Below are positions 40,007 through 49,015 of a stretch of DNA of 64,000 nt, in pieces. Made by a program: the position numbers and the translations under genes. The first letter of the stretch is position 1. Each line of letters starts with the position of its first letter. Under the pieces are notes generated by a model. That model worked only from the letters and a program-made list of their open reading frames with translations. It was not told the origin of the DNA and ran no database searches. Origin of the DNA: Candidatus Zixiibacteriota bacterium (lineage in GTDB: Bacteria; Zixibacteria; MSB-5A5; GN15; JAAZOE01); contig JBDREQ010000003.1 of assembly GCA_043819555.1 (NCBI GenBank), forward strand, positions 96,001 through 160,000. The letters run 5' to 3'.

Positions 40007-40633
40007 TTATCCCAGCCTTTGGGTTTTAAGTTCTTTCAGTTTTTTCACGTAAGGATCGACTTTATACCCTTCCATTTGAAGGAAATATATAACCGAGGCG
40101 GCCATATGCTGATAAATGGTATCGGTTTTCGACTCTGCTGATTTTATGATATCGTTTAGGCAGGTTAGTATATGGCCATGCTTCTCAATCAAATTATCCA
40201 TTTCCAAAGTTTCCCGGCGGAGCATTAATTGGTACCGGTCATTCAAAGAAACTCTCTCCTCGCCTTTTTTAAGCGTCAATTTGAATGATCCCTGACCAAG
40301 TGATTTTATCCAGATTTTTAACTCTTCTGCGAGCTTTTGATAGCTTGTTTCTTCTTTATGGGCCAGTTCGCTGTACAGTTTACTAAGAAGTTTTGCGGCT
40401 CGAGATTTTTGAGTGGGCAGGGATTGAATCGTTTCCAGCCAGCTCTTTTTCTCGCATAAAAAACTCGCCAATTTTTCTTCTGTCAAGATCCCTTGGCGGC
40501 ATTCTTTATAGATATCATCCAACTGGTTCAGTCCGATTAAAAAATCAATCTGCGCCGATTTTTCGGCAAGCATATCATCCAGTAACTGTGAGATCTGGCG
40601 CTCCAGTTTATCTATGGTCTGAATATCGCTCAA
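40007..40633 (-). CDS. Hypothetical alpha-helical protein
   Basis: 208-aa ORF overlapping the stop of the DUF4388 gene by 4 bp. Confidence 0.65.
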   Translation of the reverse strand: MSDIQTIDKLERQISQLLDDMLAEKSAQIDFLIGLNQLDDIYKECRQGILTEEKLASFLCEKKSWLETIQSLPTQKSRAAKLLSKLYSELAHKEETSYQKLAEELKIWIKSLGQGSFKLTLKKGEERVSLNDRYQLMLRRETLEMDNLIEKHGHILTCLNDIIKSAESKTDTIYQHMAASVIYFLQMEGYKVDPYVKKLKELKTQRLG

Positions 40634-41478
40634 GACTTTTCTCCGGTTCCCAGACGGGAATCAAAAGTTCGTTCCATTTTATCGGATAGATAATCTTCAA
40701 TCAATTGACTTAGGTGATCAACCATGCCTTCAAGCCGATCTGATCTATGTGAAGGGTTCTGAACTGGACATATTAATCCGGCAAGCTTCAATGTTGCCAG
40801 GGTTTTAAGGATATGATAGGAATCCTGGGAAGAAGCCTTAATAATATCTTCTATACTTCTATGACCATCAATTAAGGCCAGGATATTCCATTCGTTTGGC
40901 TCCAGCGTAACCTCTCGTTTCTGGTTTTGTTCAGAAGGCGCCAGAGCAAAAACGACTGAAAAATCAGGCAAAAATTCTTTAACCCGCGTCAATTCATCAA
41001 GCCGGCGCATTCCTTCCAAAACGATATTCTCGGTAGAAAGACTGACCGTAATCTCTTCCTCGGTGGGGAATTGATTTTCATAAAACTTAAATGATCCTCG
41101 ATCCCATTCCATCAGCGAATAGATTAATTCCTCGACCTGATTTCGCACCACCTGTTCCAAATCGGCACGGTCAATATAATTTCTTTCGATCAATATCTGG
41201 CCCAACCGCCGCCCCGACGTTTTGTCAGCGGCTTGAAGCGAAATAGCGTCATCCAACTGTTCCGACGTTAATCGGCCGTTTTCAACCAGCATCCTTCCAA
41301 CATGATAGGTTTTGCGAGGCCCGTAACCGTATACTACTGAGCCCTTTTTAAAGTATACCATGACGATGTCATCATCGCGCTGAATACCCAGCGTGCCGGT
41401 CTTTCGGCTGGTTGAAACCAGTTGAAAAATCTCAGGCAGGGTAAATCGTTCTATATTTCCTTGTAAATCTAAATCCAT
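40630..41478 (-). CDS. DUF4388 (PatA N-terminal-like) protein with MshEN-like repeat
   Basis: LQGNIERFTLPEIFQLV...KTGTL, RRLGQILIE, WDRGSFKF, LEGMRRLDE. Confidence 0.85.
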   Translation of the reverse strand: MDLDLQGNIERFTLPEIFQLVSTSRKTGTLGIQRDDDIVMVYFKKGSVVYGYGPRKTYHVGRMLVENGRLTSEQLDDAISLQAADKTSGRRLGQILIERNYIDRADLEQVVRNQVEELIYSLMEWDRGSFKFYENQFPTEEEITVSLSTENIVLEGMRRLDELTRVKEFLPDFSVVFALAPSEQNQKREVTLEPNEWNILALIDGHRSIEDIIKASSQDSYHILKTLATLKLAGLICPVQNPSHRSDRLEGMVDHLSQLIEDYLSDKMERTFDSRLGTGEKS

Positions 41479-41602
41479 ATCCTAATTTCCATCCCAAAAT
41501 TTTATAACTTAACAATATAAAACTTCCCAGACAATTGTCAACGGTATTCAATTTTATAAATGTGATTTGCGATTGTCAAAATGATGATTATTTAAATCCT
41601 GA

Positions 41603-41932
41603 TTATGACAGGTGATTTTTCATAGTCCCGGCAGTAATATCAAAATGAGAGCAATTCCAAACTGGCAATCCCATGGAAAACAATATCAATTGAGGGGATT
41701 GGTGGGAAATTTGGGTTCGTTCGGCGATGTCCAGAGATAGTTGACGGTCTTCCCGAACCAAAACAATCCAGAATTGAGCTTCAGGTTCAGCCGCCATGAA
41801 TTTTTTAAATTCTGACAATGCTGAGCCTGATATCGGGCAAACCGTAGAATGCTTAAGTAAAAATACCGGTCCAGCCTGGCTGGCTTCCAATATCTTCTCA
41901 AAATCATCTTCTGATTTATATTTGTTTATCAC
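41603..41932 (-). CDS. ytxJ: Bacillithiol-system thioredoxin-like protein YtxJ
   Basis: LKHSTVCPIS, HQSPQ, SHFDIT. Confidence 0.85.
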   Translation of the reverse strand: MINKYKSEDDFEKILEASQAGPVFLLKHSTVCPISGSALSEFKKFMAAEPEAQFWIVLVREDRQLSLDIAERTQISHQSPQLILFSMGLPVWNCSHFDITAGTMKNHLS

Positions 41933-42111
41933 GTCAATTTCTCACTAATTCAGACTTTAAATATGAAACCCATGTATATATATATATTCCGCCATGAAAA
42001 CAATGATTGTTTTTGGAGCTGGGAATATCTATATTTTATAAATATCGCTCGCTAGGACGTATCTTATATGAAAATCAAGAGGAAAGAGTTCTAAACCCAG
42101 GCGGGGAAATT

Positions 42112-43437
42112 ATGAATAAATCAAAATGTGGAAAAAGTAAAACGAGAATACAATCACCTTTATTGGCAGTTGTTTTCACGCTCCTCTTAACTAGTATCAT
42201 TTTTATTGGTACCGTGACCGCCAATAACACCGGCAGCGCTCTTCGCGCTAAGGTCGATATGCCGATCGGGCCAATCGCCCTGCGGATAATCGAAGGCGCC
42301 CTTGAACAGGCAATTGAGAACGACGATGATATTATTATCTTTGAACTGAACACACCCGGCGGACTTGACGCGTCGATGAGACCAATCTGTCGCAAGCTTC
42401 TTAACGCCGATATTCCAACTGTGGTTTATGTCTCGCCTTCGGGGGCTCGAGCCGCCTCGGCGGGACTATTTATTACGTATTCAGCGCATATTGCGGCCAT
42501 GACACCGGGGACTAATATCGGAGCCGCGCATGTTGTCAATATGGGCGGTGAAATAGATTCGGTTATGTCAGAAAAAGTACAGAATGATGCCGTCGCCTAT
42601 ATTACCTCAATCGCCAAGAAAAGAAACCGGAATACCTCCTGGGCCGAGGCCGCGGTGCGTCAAAGCGTTTCGATTGATGCCGAAGCGGCCCTGGATTCAA
42701 ACGTCATAGACATCCTTGCCAAAGATTTTGAAGATCTACTGAATCAATTAGACGGGCGAATTGTTTCAATGCCCAACGGTGAAGATACTCTCGCGGTCGC
42801 GGGCGCGGTTGTCAAAGATTATCACATTTCCTTCAAAAATAGATTCTTGAGTATAATAACTAATCCGACCGTGGCCTTTATCCTGTTTAATATTGGCTGG
42901 CTTGGTTTGATGGTTGAGCTTTATAATCCGGGTGCGATTTTACCCGGAATCGTCGGCGGCATAAGTCTGATTTTGGCTTTCTTTTCGTTTCAGCAATTGC
43001 CGATTAATTATGCCGGATTGGGGTTGATTATCTTCGCTGTGGTTTTGTTTATACTCGAGATAAAAATAGTTAGCCATGGAGTCTTGGCGATTGGGGGTGT
43101 AATATCAATGCTTTTGGGATCATTTATGCTGATTGATTCACCCGAACCGTACCTACAAATTTCAATGGTTGTCATCATCACGACGGTATTGGCGATATCC
43201 GCGTTTTTCCTTTTTATCGTCGGGTTTGCCATCAAAGCTCATCGGCGAAAAATCGCAACGGGGCAGGAGGGAATCGTCGGCGAAATCGGAGTCGTCCGCG
43301 ATGGAGGCATGATTTTTGTCGAAGGCGAGCTGTGGCGGGCTGATTGCGAACAGGAATTAAATCCGGGTGATAAAGTGGAAGTTGAGAAATTTGAAAATAT
43401 GCGCTTAAAAGTAAAAAAACTGGGAGGTGAAAGGTGA
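42112..43437 (+). CDS. nfeD: NfeD membrane-bound ClpP-class serine protease
   Basis: [28 protein letters not shown] bundle, C-terminal OB fold (VEGELW). Confidence 0.92.
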   Translation: MNKSKCGKSKTRIQSPLLAVVFTLLLTSIIFIGTVTANNTGSALRAKVDMPIGPIALRIIEGALEQAIENDDDIIIFELNTPGGLDASMRPICRKLLNADIPTVVYVSPSGARAASAGLFITYSAHIAAMTPGTNIGAAHVVNMGGEIDSVMSEKVQNDAVAYITSIAKKRNRNTSWAEAAVRQSVSIDAEAALDSNVIDILAKDFEDLLNQLDGRIVSMPNGEDTLAVAGAVVKDYHISFKNRFLSIITNPTVAFILFNIGWLGLMVELYNPGAILPGIVGGISLILAFFSFQQLPINYAGLGLIIFAVVLFILEIKIVSHGVLAIGGVISMLLGSFMLIDSPEPYLQISMVVIITTVLAISAFFLFIVGFAIKAHRRKIATGQEGIVGEIGVVRDGGMIFVEGELWRADCEQELNPGDKVEVEKFENMRLKVKKLGGER

Positions 43438-44201
43438 ATATCTTCAGTTCAGGAATATTGACGATTATCTTTTTCGCGGTCATAATAATTGCCTATGCCG
43501 TACGAGTATTGCGAGAATATGAGCGAGGCGTCGTGTTTCGCCTTGGACGTCTAATTGGAGCCAAAGGACCGGGTCTGATTTTACTTATTCCGGTTATCGA
43601 TAAAATGGTCAAAGTATCCCTGCGGGTGGTAACGATGGACGTTCCCGAGCAGGATGTTATCACGCGCGATAATGTCACCGTCCGCGTCAATGCCGTCGTT
43701 TATTTCCGGGTTATGGATCCGATCAAAGCGGTCATTGCTGTCGAAGATTTTCTGTACGCGACATCGATGATTTCACAAACTACACTGCGAGCCGTTCTGG
43801 GTCAGGTTGATTTGGATTCGCTGCTGTCTGAGCGGGACAAATTAAATGATCAGCTCCAGAAAATCATCGACGAAGACACCGAACCGTGGGGCATCAAGGT
43901 TACCAAGGTCGAAGTCAAAAATGTCGATTTGCCTCAGGAGATGCAGCGTGCGATCGCGCGGCAGGCTGAAGCCGAACGTGAACGGCGGGCCAAAGTTATT
44001 CATGCCGAAGGCGAATTGCAGGCGGCGGAAAAACTGCTTTTGGCCGCCCGGGAAATTTCAAAAAATAAAACAACGATTCAGCTCCGCTATCTCCAGACTT
44101 TGACCGAGGTCGCCGCTGAGAAAAATTCAACGATAGTATTCCCTCTGCCGATTGACCTCCTTGAAGCGTTTTTGCCCAAATCTAAAGATGATACCGAATA
44201 A
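43434..44201 (+). CDS. SPFH/stomatin (slipin) protein
   Basis: [42 protein letters not shown]. Confidence 0.93.
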   Translation: MNIFSSGILTIIFFAVIIIAYAVRVLREYERGVVFRLGRLIGAKGPGLILLIPVIDKMVKVSLRVVTMDVPEQDVITRDNVTVRVNAVVYFRVMDPIKAVIAVEDFLYATSMISQTTLRAVLGQVDLDSLLSERDKLNDQLQKIIDEDTEPWGIKVTKVEVKNVDLPQEMQRAIARQAEAERERRAKVIHAEGELQAAEKLLLAAREISKNKTTIQLRYLQTLTEVAAEKNSTIVFPLPIDLLEAFLPKSKDDTE

Positions 44202-44225
44202 ACAAGTCAGATAAAACAAATCCGC

Positions 44226-44255
44226 AAGGGTCGGGAATCCCCCGGCCCTTTTTTT
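44226..44255 (+). terminator. Intrinsic terminator after the SPFH gene
   Basis: AAGGGTCGGG...CCCGGCCCTT followed by a T-tract. Confidence 0.7.
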
Positions 44256-44293
44256 GTACTCTTTTTTTATACAGTAAATAATCCAACTTTTTT

Positions 44294-44605
44294 TAGGGAT
44301 GGAACCCAACGGGCACCTGCCAAATCTGTTTATCTTTTTGTGTAGCGACAACTCTCGAGTTGTCGTCCTAAAATCATTATCCCGTGTCATTGCGAGGAGC
44401 GAAGCGACGTGGCAATCTAATGCTAAAGCCTGCGGAAAAATGGGTATTGTGCCTGGCAGACGTCCTCGTCTGCTGGAAAAATGGGTTTGTTTCCTCAGAT
44501 TAACGTTTTTGGTCATATCAACTCGATGGTGATTACGACAGGCAAAGGCCTGTCTTCCATTAATCCTTCCCCTCTGGAGAGGGGTGTCCGGCGGGGTGTG
44601 TTTTG
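44294..44605. repeat. Second REP-like mosaic
   Basis: GTAG-CGACAACTCTCGAGTTGTCG (44342), TGTCATTGCGAGGAGCGAAGCGACGTGGCAATCT (44385-44418), GAGAGGGGTG...GGGGTGTGTTT as at about 22970-23003. Confidence 0.75.
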
Positions 44606-44759
44606 TCTATTCGCCTGCACCATCATACATATGCGGATAATTTCGGATAATACACCGGATTGATTGGGAAAATGTGGATGCGACTATGCGGGGATCCATC
44701 TGTTTTGTAAAGTAAAATCAGCAGACAATTTGGAACTGCTGACAGAAGAGAATTCCCAC

Positions 44760-45281
44760 TCAGTCCTTTGATTTTCCATTCTTTCTAAAAGAAAGAAAAT
44801 AACTTGCGATAAATAAACCAGCACTAATAATCAGAGTTATTATTACATAACTAAAAGGATACATACCCGCCAAATTAGTATCTACTGAATCAATAACTCG
44901 CCCAATTATAAATAATCTTGAGATGCTTTCCATTAGGGCAATGCCCATTATAAAAAGAACAAAACCTAAATGCGTTTTCCACCAACTGCGACTATTGTTT
45001 CTAAATGAACTCCAAGCCCAAATAGTGCATGTTATAATATTTAAAAATGCAAATGCGGCATAGCCGATTTTCCCATTTTGTGAAACCATTTGAAGAATTC
45101 CTATTTCATTGAAATTTAGCAGAAGATTACTTATCCCGTAATTGTAAAGAGAAATATTAAAAAAACTCGGTATTGGACGTGAAAAAAAAGCGTTCATGTG
45201 ATCATATAATAATATTATTGCGATGATTAGAAAAAATGCCAATTTTATGTATCTCATTTTCATTGTGTTCATTCCTTTCAT
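44760..45281 (-). CDS. AT-rich hypothetical membrane protein
   Basis: About 4 hydrophobic segments; start uncertain. Confidence 0.55.
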   Translation of the reverse strand: MKGMNTMKMRYIKLAFFLIIAIILLYDHMNAFFSRPIPSFFNISLYNYGISNLLLNFNEIGILQMVSQNGKIGYAAFAFLNIITCTIWAWSSFRNNSRSWWKTHLGFVLFIMGIALMESISRLFIIGRVIDSVDTNLAGMYPFSYVIITLIISAGLFIASYFLSFRKNGKSKD

Positions 45282-45361
45282 TAGCAGATATAGGAAATAA
45301 TTCTAATCTGCATAACGAAATTCTTTACTCTAACAAACCAACTTTTTACTTAATACAATAT

Positions 45362-45772
45362 TCAGTACTTCTTTATCTTTCCATTAAATGTAATAAAGGT
45401 CAAAGATACTCGCTCTTTTTGTCTTATCCATATCACGCCGTGGCTGTCAATCAGGGTATCACCCTTCATGATGTATTTTTCTTTATTATTTCTGAGATTT
45501 AAATTGTGATGTCCTTTTAATGCTTCATAATCTTCTTGGGATATTTTACCGACGATGACTCCGACATCTAAAATAATTGTATCGCTACTTGCCGTATATC
45601 CGCCCTGAAGAACCAAATCACCAATCAATGTTGTGTATTTGCCACGAACCCTTAGGTCAAACCACTCATAGGGAGCATCTTCTTTTGCATAAGTACCTGT
45701 GACTGGGTCGTTCGAACAGCCGAAAAGTATCAAAACAATGGTCAACGAAATGACAATATGCTTACTCTTCAT
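45362..45772 (-). CDS. Hypothetical lipoprotein
   Basis: MKSKHIVISLTIVLILFG-C lipobox; GAGG RBS. Confidence 0.65.
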   Translation of the reverse strand: MKSKHIVISLTIVLILFGCSNDPVTGTYAKEDAPYEWFDLRVRGKYTTLIGDLVLQGGYTASSDTIILDVGVIVGKISQEDYEALKGHHNLNLRNNKEKYIMKGDTLIDSHGVIWIRQKERVSLTFITFNGKIKKY

Positions 45773-46190
45773 TTCGATTACCTCTCTCATTTTGCTTAAG
45801 TCTTGTATAATTTCAGTCCAGCATCATTGCCAAAACTCAAGAATCATTTGTCCAACTTCAAACATAGCTTCAGGCCATTTACTAAAATCTGTACGTCGTC
45901 AAACGATCCAGACAAAGTTTGACTTAATCTAAAACATAATCTGTCTAATGACAATTACCTTTTTGTATACTTTTTTGCCCTATTCTTTAATTCGTTGTCT
46001 TTGTTCGATTATTATCGCCAATTCTTTACTTCAATCCCATAAATTTCATCCTATAAAACCTCAACTCCCCATCCTTCTCCGCATCAACCTGCAGCCACAA
46101 CACACCATAACGGTCAACGTAATTGTCTGGTGGCCCATCCGAAAGGGGAGAACCATTGATTGAACGGACCCATACCTGGGTAACAAAATA

Positions 46191-46330
46191 GCGAGGAGGC
46201 CTTTAGCCGACGTGGCGATCTGTTCTTGAGACCCAAAAACAAGAGATTGCCCCGCTCATTACACTCGCTCGCAATGACAGTGATTATTTTTGGTTTTGTA
46301 GGGATGGAGCCCAGCAGGTTCCGGCCCGAC
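46191..46330. repeat. REP-like element pair
   Basis: GCGAGGAGG...CGACGTGGCGATCT ... AGATTGCC...CTCGCAATGACA (both arms), then GTAGGGATGGAGCCCAGC similar to 44294. Confidence 0.7.
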
Positions 46331-46443
46331 AGTTGTATTATTTCTTATGAATAATCTGCCTGTTTAATTATCGATATAGCTATTGTGCCAAGCGGCGTAA
46401 TCGTATAGATTTGGCAGATTGATGAACGGACGATAATATATTT

Positions 46444-47355
46444 ATGAGCGAGAATCATTCTCATAGCCATCATACCAGCTCAAAAAAGATCGGATGGACG
46501 ATCTTATTGAATCTGGTTATCACGGCGGCGGAATTCATCGGCGGGATATTTTCTGGTTCGCTGGCTCTCTTATCCGACGCCGGGCATAATCTGTCGGATG
46601 TAATAGCTTTGGTGCTGGCCTGGCTGGGCGCCAAAGGCGCGGCGATGAAACCGACCAAGCGCTCAACGTATGGTTTCAAACGGCTCGAAGTAGTCACTGC
46701 TTTTATCAACGCCGTATCGCTGGCGGCAATCGCTGTCTATATCATTTTTGAAGCCTTCCAACGATATAACGATCCCCAGCCGATTGACAGCGCCATAATG
46801 CTATCGGTGGCGGGAATCGGTCTTTTGGGAAACCTGTTTTCCGTCTGGATTCTGCATCGGGGCAGAAACGAGACATTAAATACCCGGGCCGCTTTTCTCC
46901 ACATGCTCTATGACGCCATCTCATCGGTGGCGGTAATAATCGGCGGCATAATAATTATGTTTTCCGGCTGGTATCTCCTTGATTTAATCCTGTCGGTTCT
47001 TATCGCAATTATGATTTTGTGGTCGAGCTTCGATATTCTTAAGGAAGCCTCCGGGATTTTCATGGAAGCGGCACCGCGAGGCATCGATACCTATGAAGTG
47101 GAACAGGCCATATCGGATTTGCCCGGAATAAAAGGCGTGCATCATACTCATATCTGGTCGATATCCAGCTCGCAAATTGCGCTATCGTGTCATATCGTCC
47201 TGAACCATGCGGATTACCAGGATTGTACTGTGATTATTGGGAAAATACATAAACTGCTGAAAGATAAGTTTGGAATTAACCATGCAACGATTCAGCCCGA
47301 GGGAGAATTTTGTCCCGAATCATCGAAATTTATTAATCCGGATGAGGCAGACTAA
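46444..47355 (+). CDS. Cation diffusion facilitator (CzcD/ZitB-like)
   Basis: His-rich N-terminus, SLALLSDAGHNLSD, TYGFKRLE, AFLHMLYD, HATIQPE. Confidence 0.92.
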   Translation: MSENHSHSHHTSSKKIGWTILLNLVITAAEFIGGIFSGSLALLSDAGHNLSDVIALVLAWLGAKGAAMKPTKRSTYGFKRLEVVTAFINAVSLAAIAVYIIFEAFQRYNDPQPIDSAIMLSVAGIGLLGNLFSVWILHRGRNETLNTRAAFLHMLYDAISSVAVIIGGIIIMFSGWYLLDLILSVLIAIMILWSSFDILKEASGIFMEAAPRGIDTYEVEQAISDLPGIKGVHHTHIWSISSSQIALSCHIVLNHADYQDCTVIIGKIHKLLKDKFGINHATIQPEGEFCPESSKFINPDEAD

Positions 47356-47361
47356 GAAAAA

Positions 47362-48726
47362 ATGGGCCGCATAATTGAAATAGATATTGAGGATTTGGCT
47401 TACAATGGCAAATCGATCGGATACGATAACGGCAAAGTAACCTTTGTCAAAGGGGGACTTCCCGGGGAAAGGGTCGAAGCTCGGATTATCAAAAACAAGA
47501 GAAATTATAATCAGGCCAAATTATTGCGAGTTATTACCAAGGCCCCCGAACGGATTGAGGCGGTCTGCAAACATTATGATATATGCGGCGGATGCATCTG
47601 GCAGGATTTGGAATATTCTCGGCAGCTATATTATAAACGGCGGCAGGTAATAGCATGCCTCAAGCATATCGGCGGTTTCAAGGACATTAACGTTGAGGAG
47701 ATAATTCCTTCCCCGGATGTTTTCTTTTATCGCAATAAAATGGAATATTCATTTCATGTTCTTGCTACTCAAGGTGGGCAGGAACAATTTGTTTTGGGCC
47801 TGCACGAGCGGGGGCGCTTTGATCACATTTTTGATATTGAAGAATGCCACCTGCAATCGCAGTTGTCCAATCGCATTGTGAGGAAATTGCGGGAAATAAT
47901 CGGGGAATTATCGATACCGGTTTATGATTTGATTGTTCATCAGGGATTTATGAGGTTTGTAATTATCAGGGAGGGGAAAAACACCGGGCAGGTGATGGTA
48001 AATATCGTTACCAGTGAGGGGAATTTTCAAAGTAAGGATGAGTTTACATCTCGGCTTATTGAAGCCTTTCCGGAAATAACGACAATGGCATGGACGGTAA
48101 ATCCGGGCAAATCGAATATTGCCATCGGCGAGATCCGAGAGATATTACATGGCCCCGGATATATTTATGAAGAGATATTGGGAAAAAAATTCCGAATAAA
48201 TCCGGGGGCGTTTTTTCAAACCAATAGCCGTCAGGCCGAAGCTTTATATCGTTGCGCGATTGAGTTGGCCGATATTAAAACCGGTGATACGGTTCTTGAT
48301 TTGTATTGCGGGGCGGGAACGATTGGAATATGCGCGTCGCAAAACGCGCTTGAAATTGTGGGGATTGAAATTGAGGAAGAATCTGTTGCGGCGGCTGTGG
48401 AAAACGCGAAAATAAATAAACTGGAAAATTGCTCGTTTCATTGCGGTTCGGTCCGTAAAGTCATGCTTAATAATAACCTTAAAAATAAATCATTTTCGAC
48501 GATTTTTGTGGATCCGCCTCGAGCCGGTATGCATCCAAAAGCTCTAAAACGATTGATTGAGATTGGGGCCGCGCGGATTGTCTATATTTCCTGCAACCCG
48601 GCGACTTTTTCGAGAGATGCCGCAGAAATTATCAATAACGGTTATAATCTGGTAAAAATTTCTCCTTTTGATATGTTTCCTCATACGATGCATATCGAGC
48701 TAGTCTCCCTATTTGCGGCTACTTAA
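47362..48726 (+). CDS. rlmD: 23S rRNA m5U1939 methyltransferase
   Basis: TRAM domain, C..CGGC, YRNKMEY, FFQTN, DLYCGAGTIG, DPPRAG, YISCNP, DMFPHTMHIE. Confidence 0.93.
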   Translation: MGRIIEIDIEDLAYNGKSIGYDNGKVTFVKGGLPGERVEARIIKNKRNYNQAKLLRVITKAPERIEAVCKHYDICGGCIWQDLEYSRQLYYKRRQVIACLKHIGGFKDINVEEIIPSPDVFFYRNKMEYSFHVLATQGGQEQFVLGLHERGRFDHIFDIEECHLQSQLSNRIVRKLREIIGELSIPVYDLIVHQGFMRFVIIREGKNTGQVMVNIVTSEGNFQSKDEFTSRLIEAFPEITTMAWTVNPGKSNIAIGEIREILHGPGYIYEEILGKKFRINPGAFFQTNSRQAEALYRCAIELADIKTGDTVLDLYCGAGTIGICASQNALEIVGIEIEEESVAAAVENAKINKLENCSFHCGSVRKVMLNNNLKNKSFSTIFVDPPRAGMHPKALKRLIEIGAARIVYISCNPATFSRDAAEIINNGYNLVKISPFDMFPHTMHIELVSLFAAT

Positions 48727-48838
48727 TCGTTTATCGTCCAAAAAATTATATCAAGTCCACCTAATAAATCAAGAACCGGTCTATAAAACCCGATAATCAA
48801 TAATATAGAATAATATCCTGTAAGAGGTCAGCCGTTTA

Positions 48839-49015
48839 ATGAATGATGATATTGAAAAAATTCCCGGTTTTGGCAAGATTGATTTCCCAAATAGCCTCCT
48901 TGATATCTTCCGCGATGAATTAAATAGTCTGCGTAAAGAGGACGACGGCGATCGATCTCGTTTATACGATCAGGCGGAATTTATTGGCATTCAGATTATA
49001 AAAGGCGAAAGATAG
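48839..49015 (+). CDS. Unannotated 58-aa protein coupled to the SMC-like gene
   Basis: MNDDIEKIPGFGKIDFPNSLLDIFRDELNSLRKEDDGDRSRLYDQAEFIGIQIIKGER; AAGAGG RBS; its TAG abuts the next ATG. Confidence 0.6.
   Translation: MNDDIEKIPGFGKIDFPNSLLDIFRDELNSLRKEDDGDRSRLYDQAEFIGIQIIKGER

Noticed and set aside
44127..44663. Short ORFs across the repeat mosaic (e.g. VIARSEATWQS)
   Set aside because: They are translations of REP-like repeats, not credible genes.
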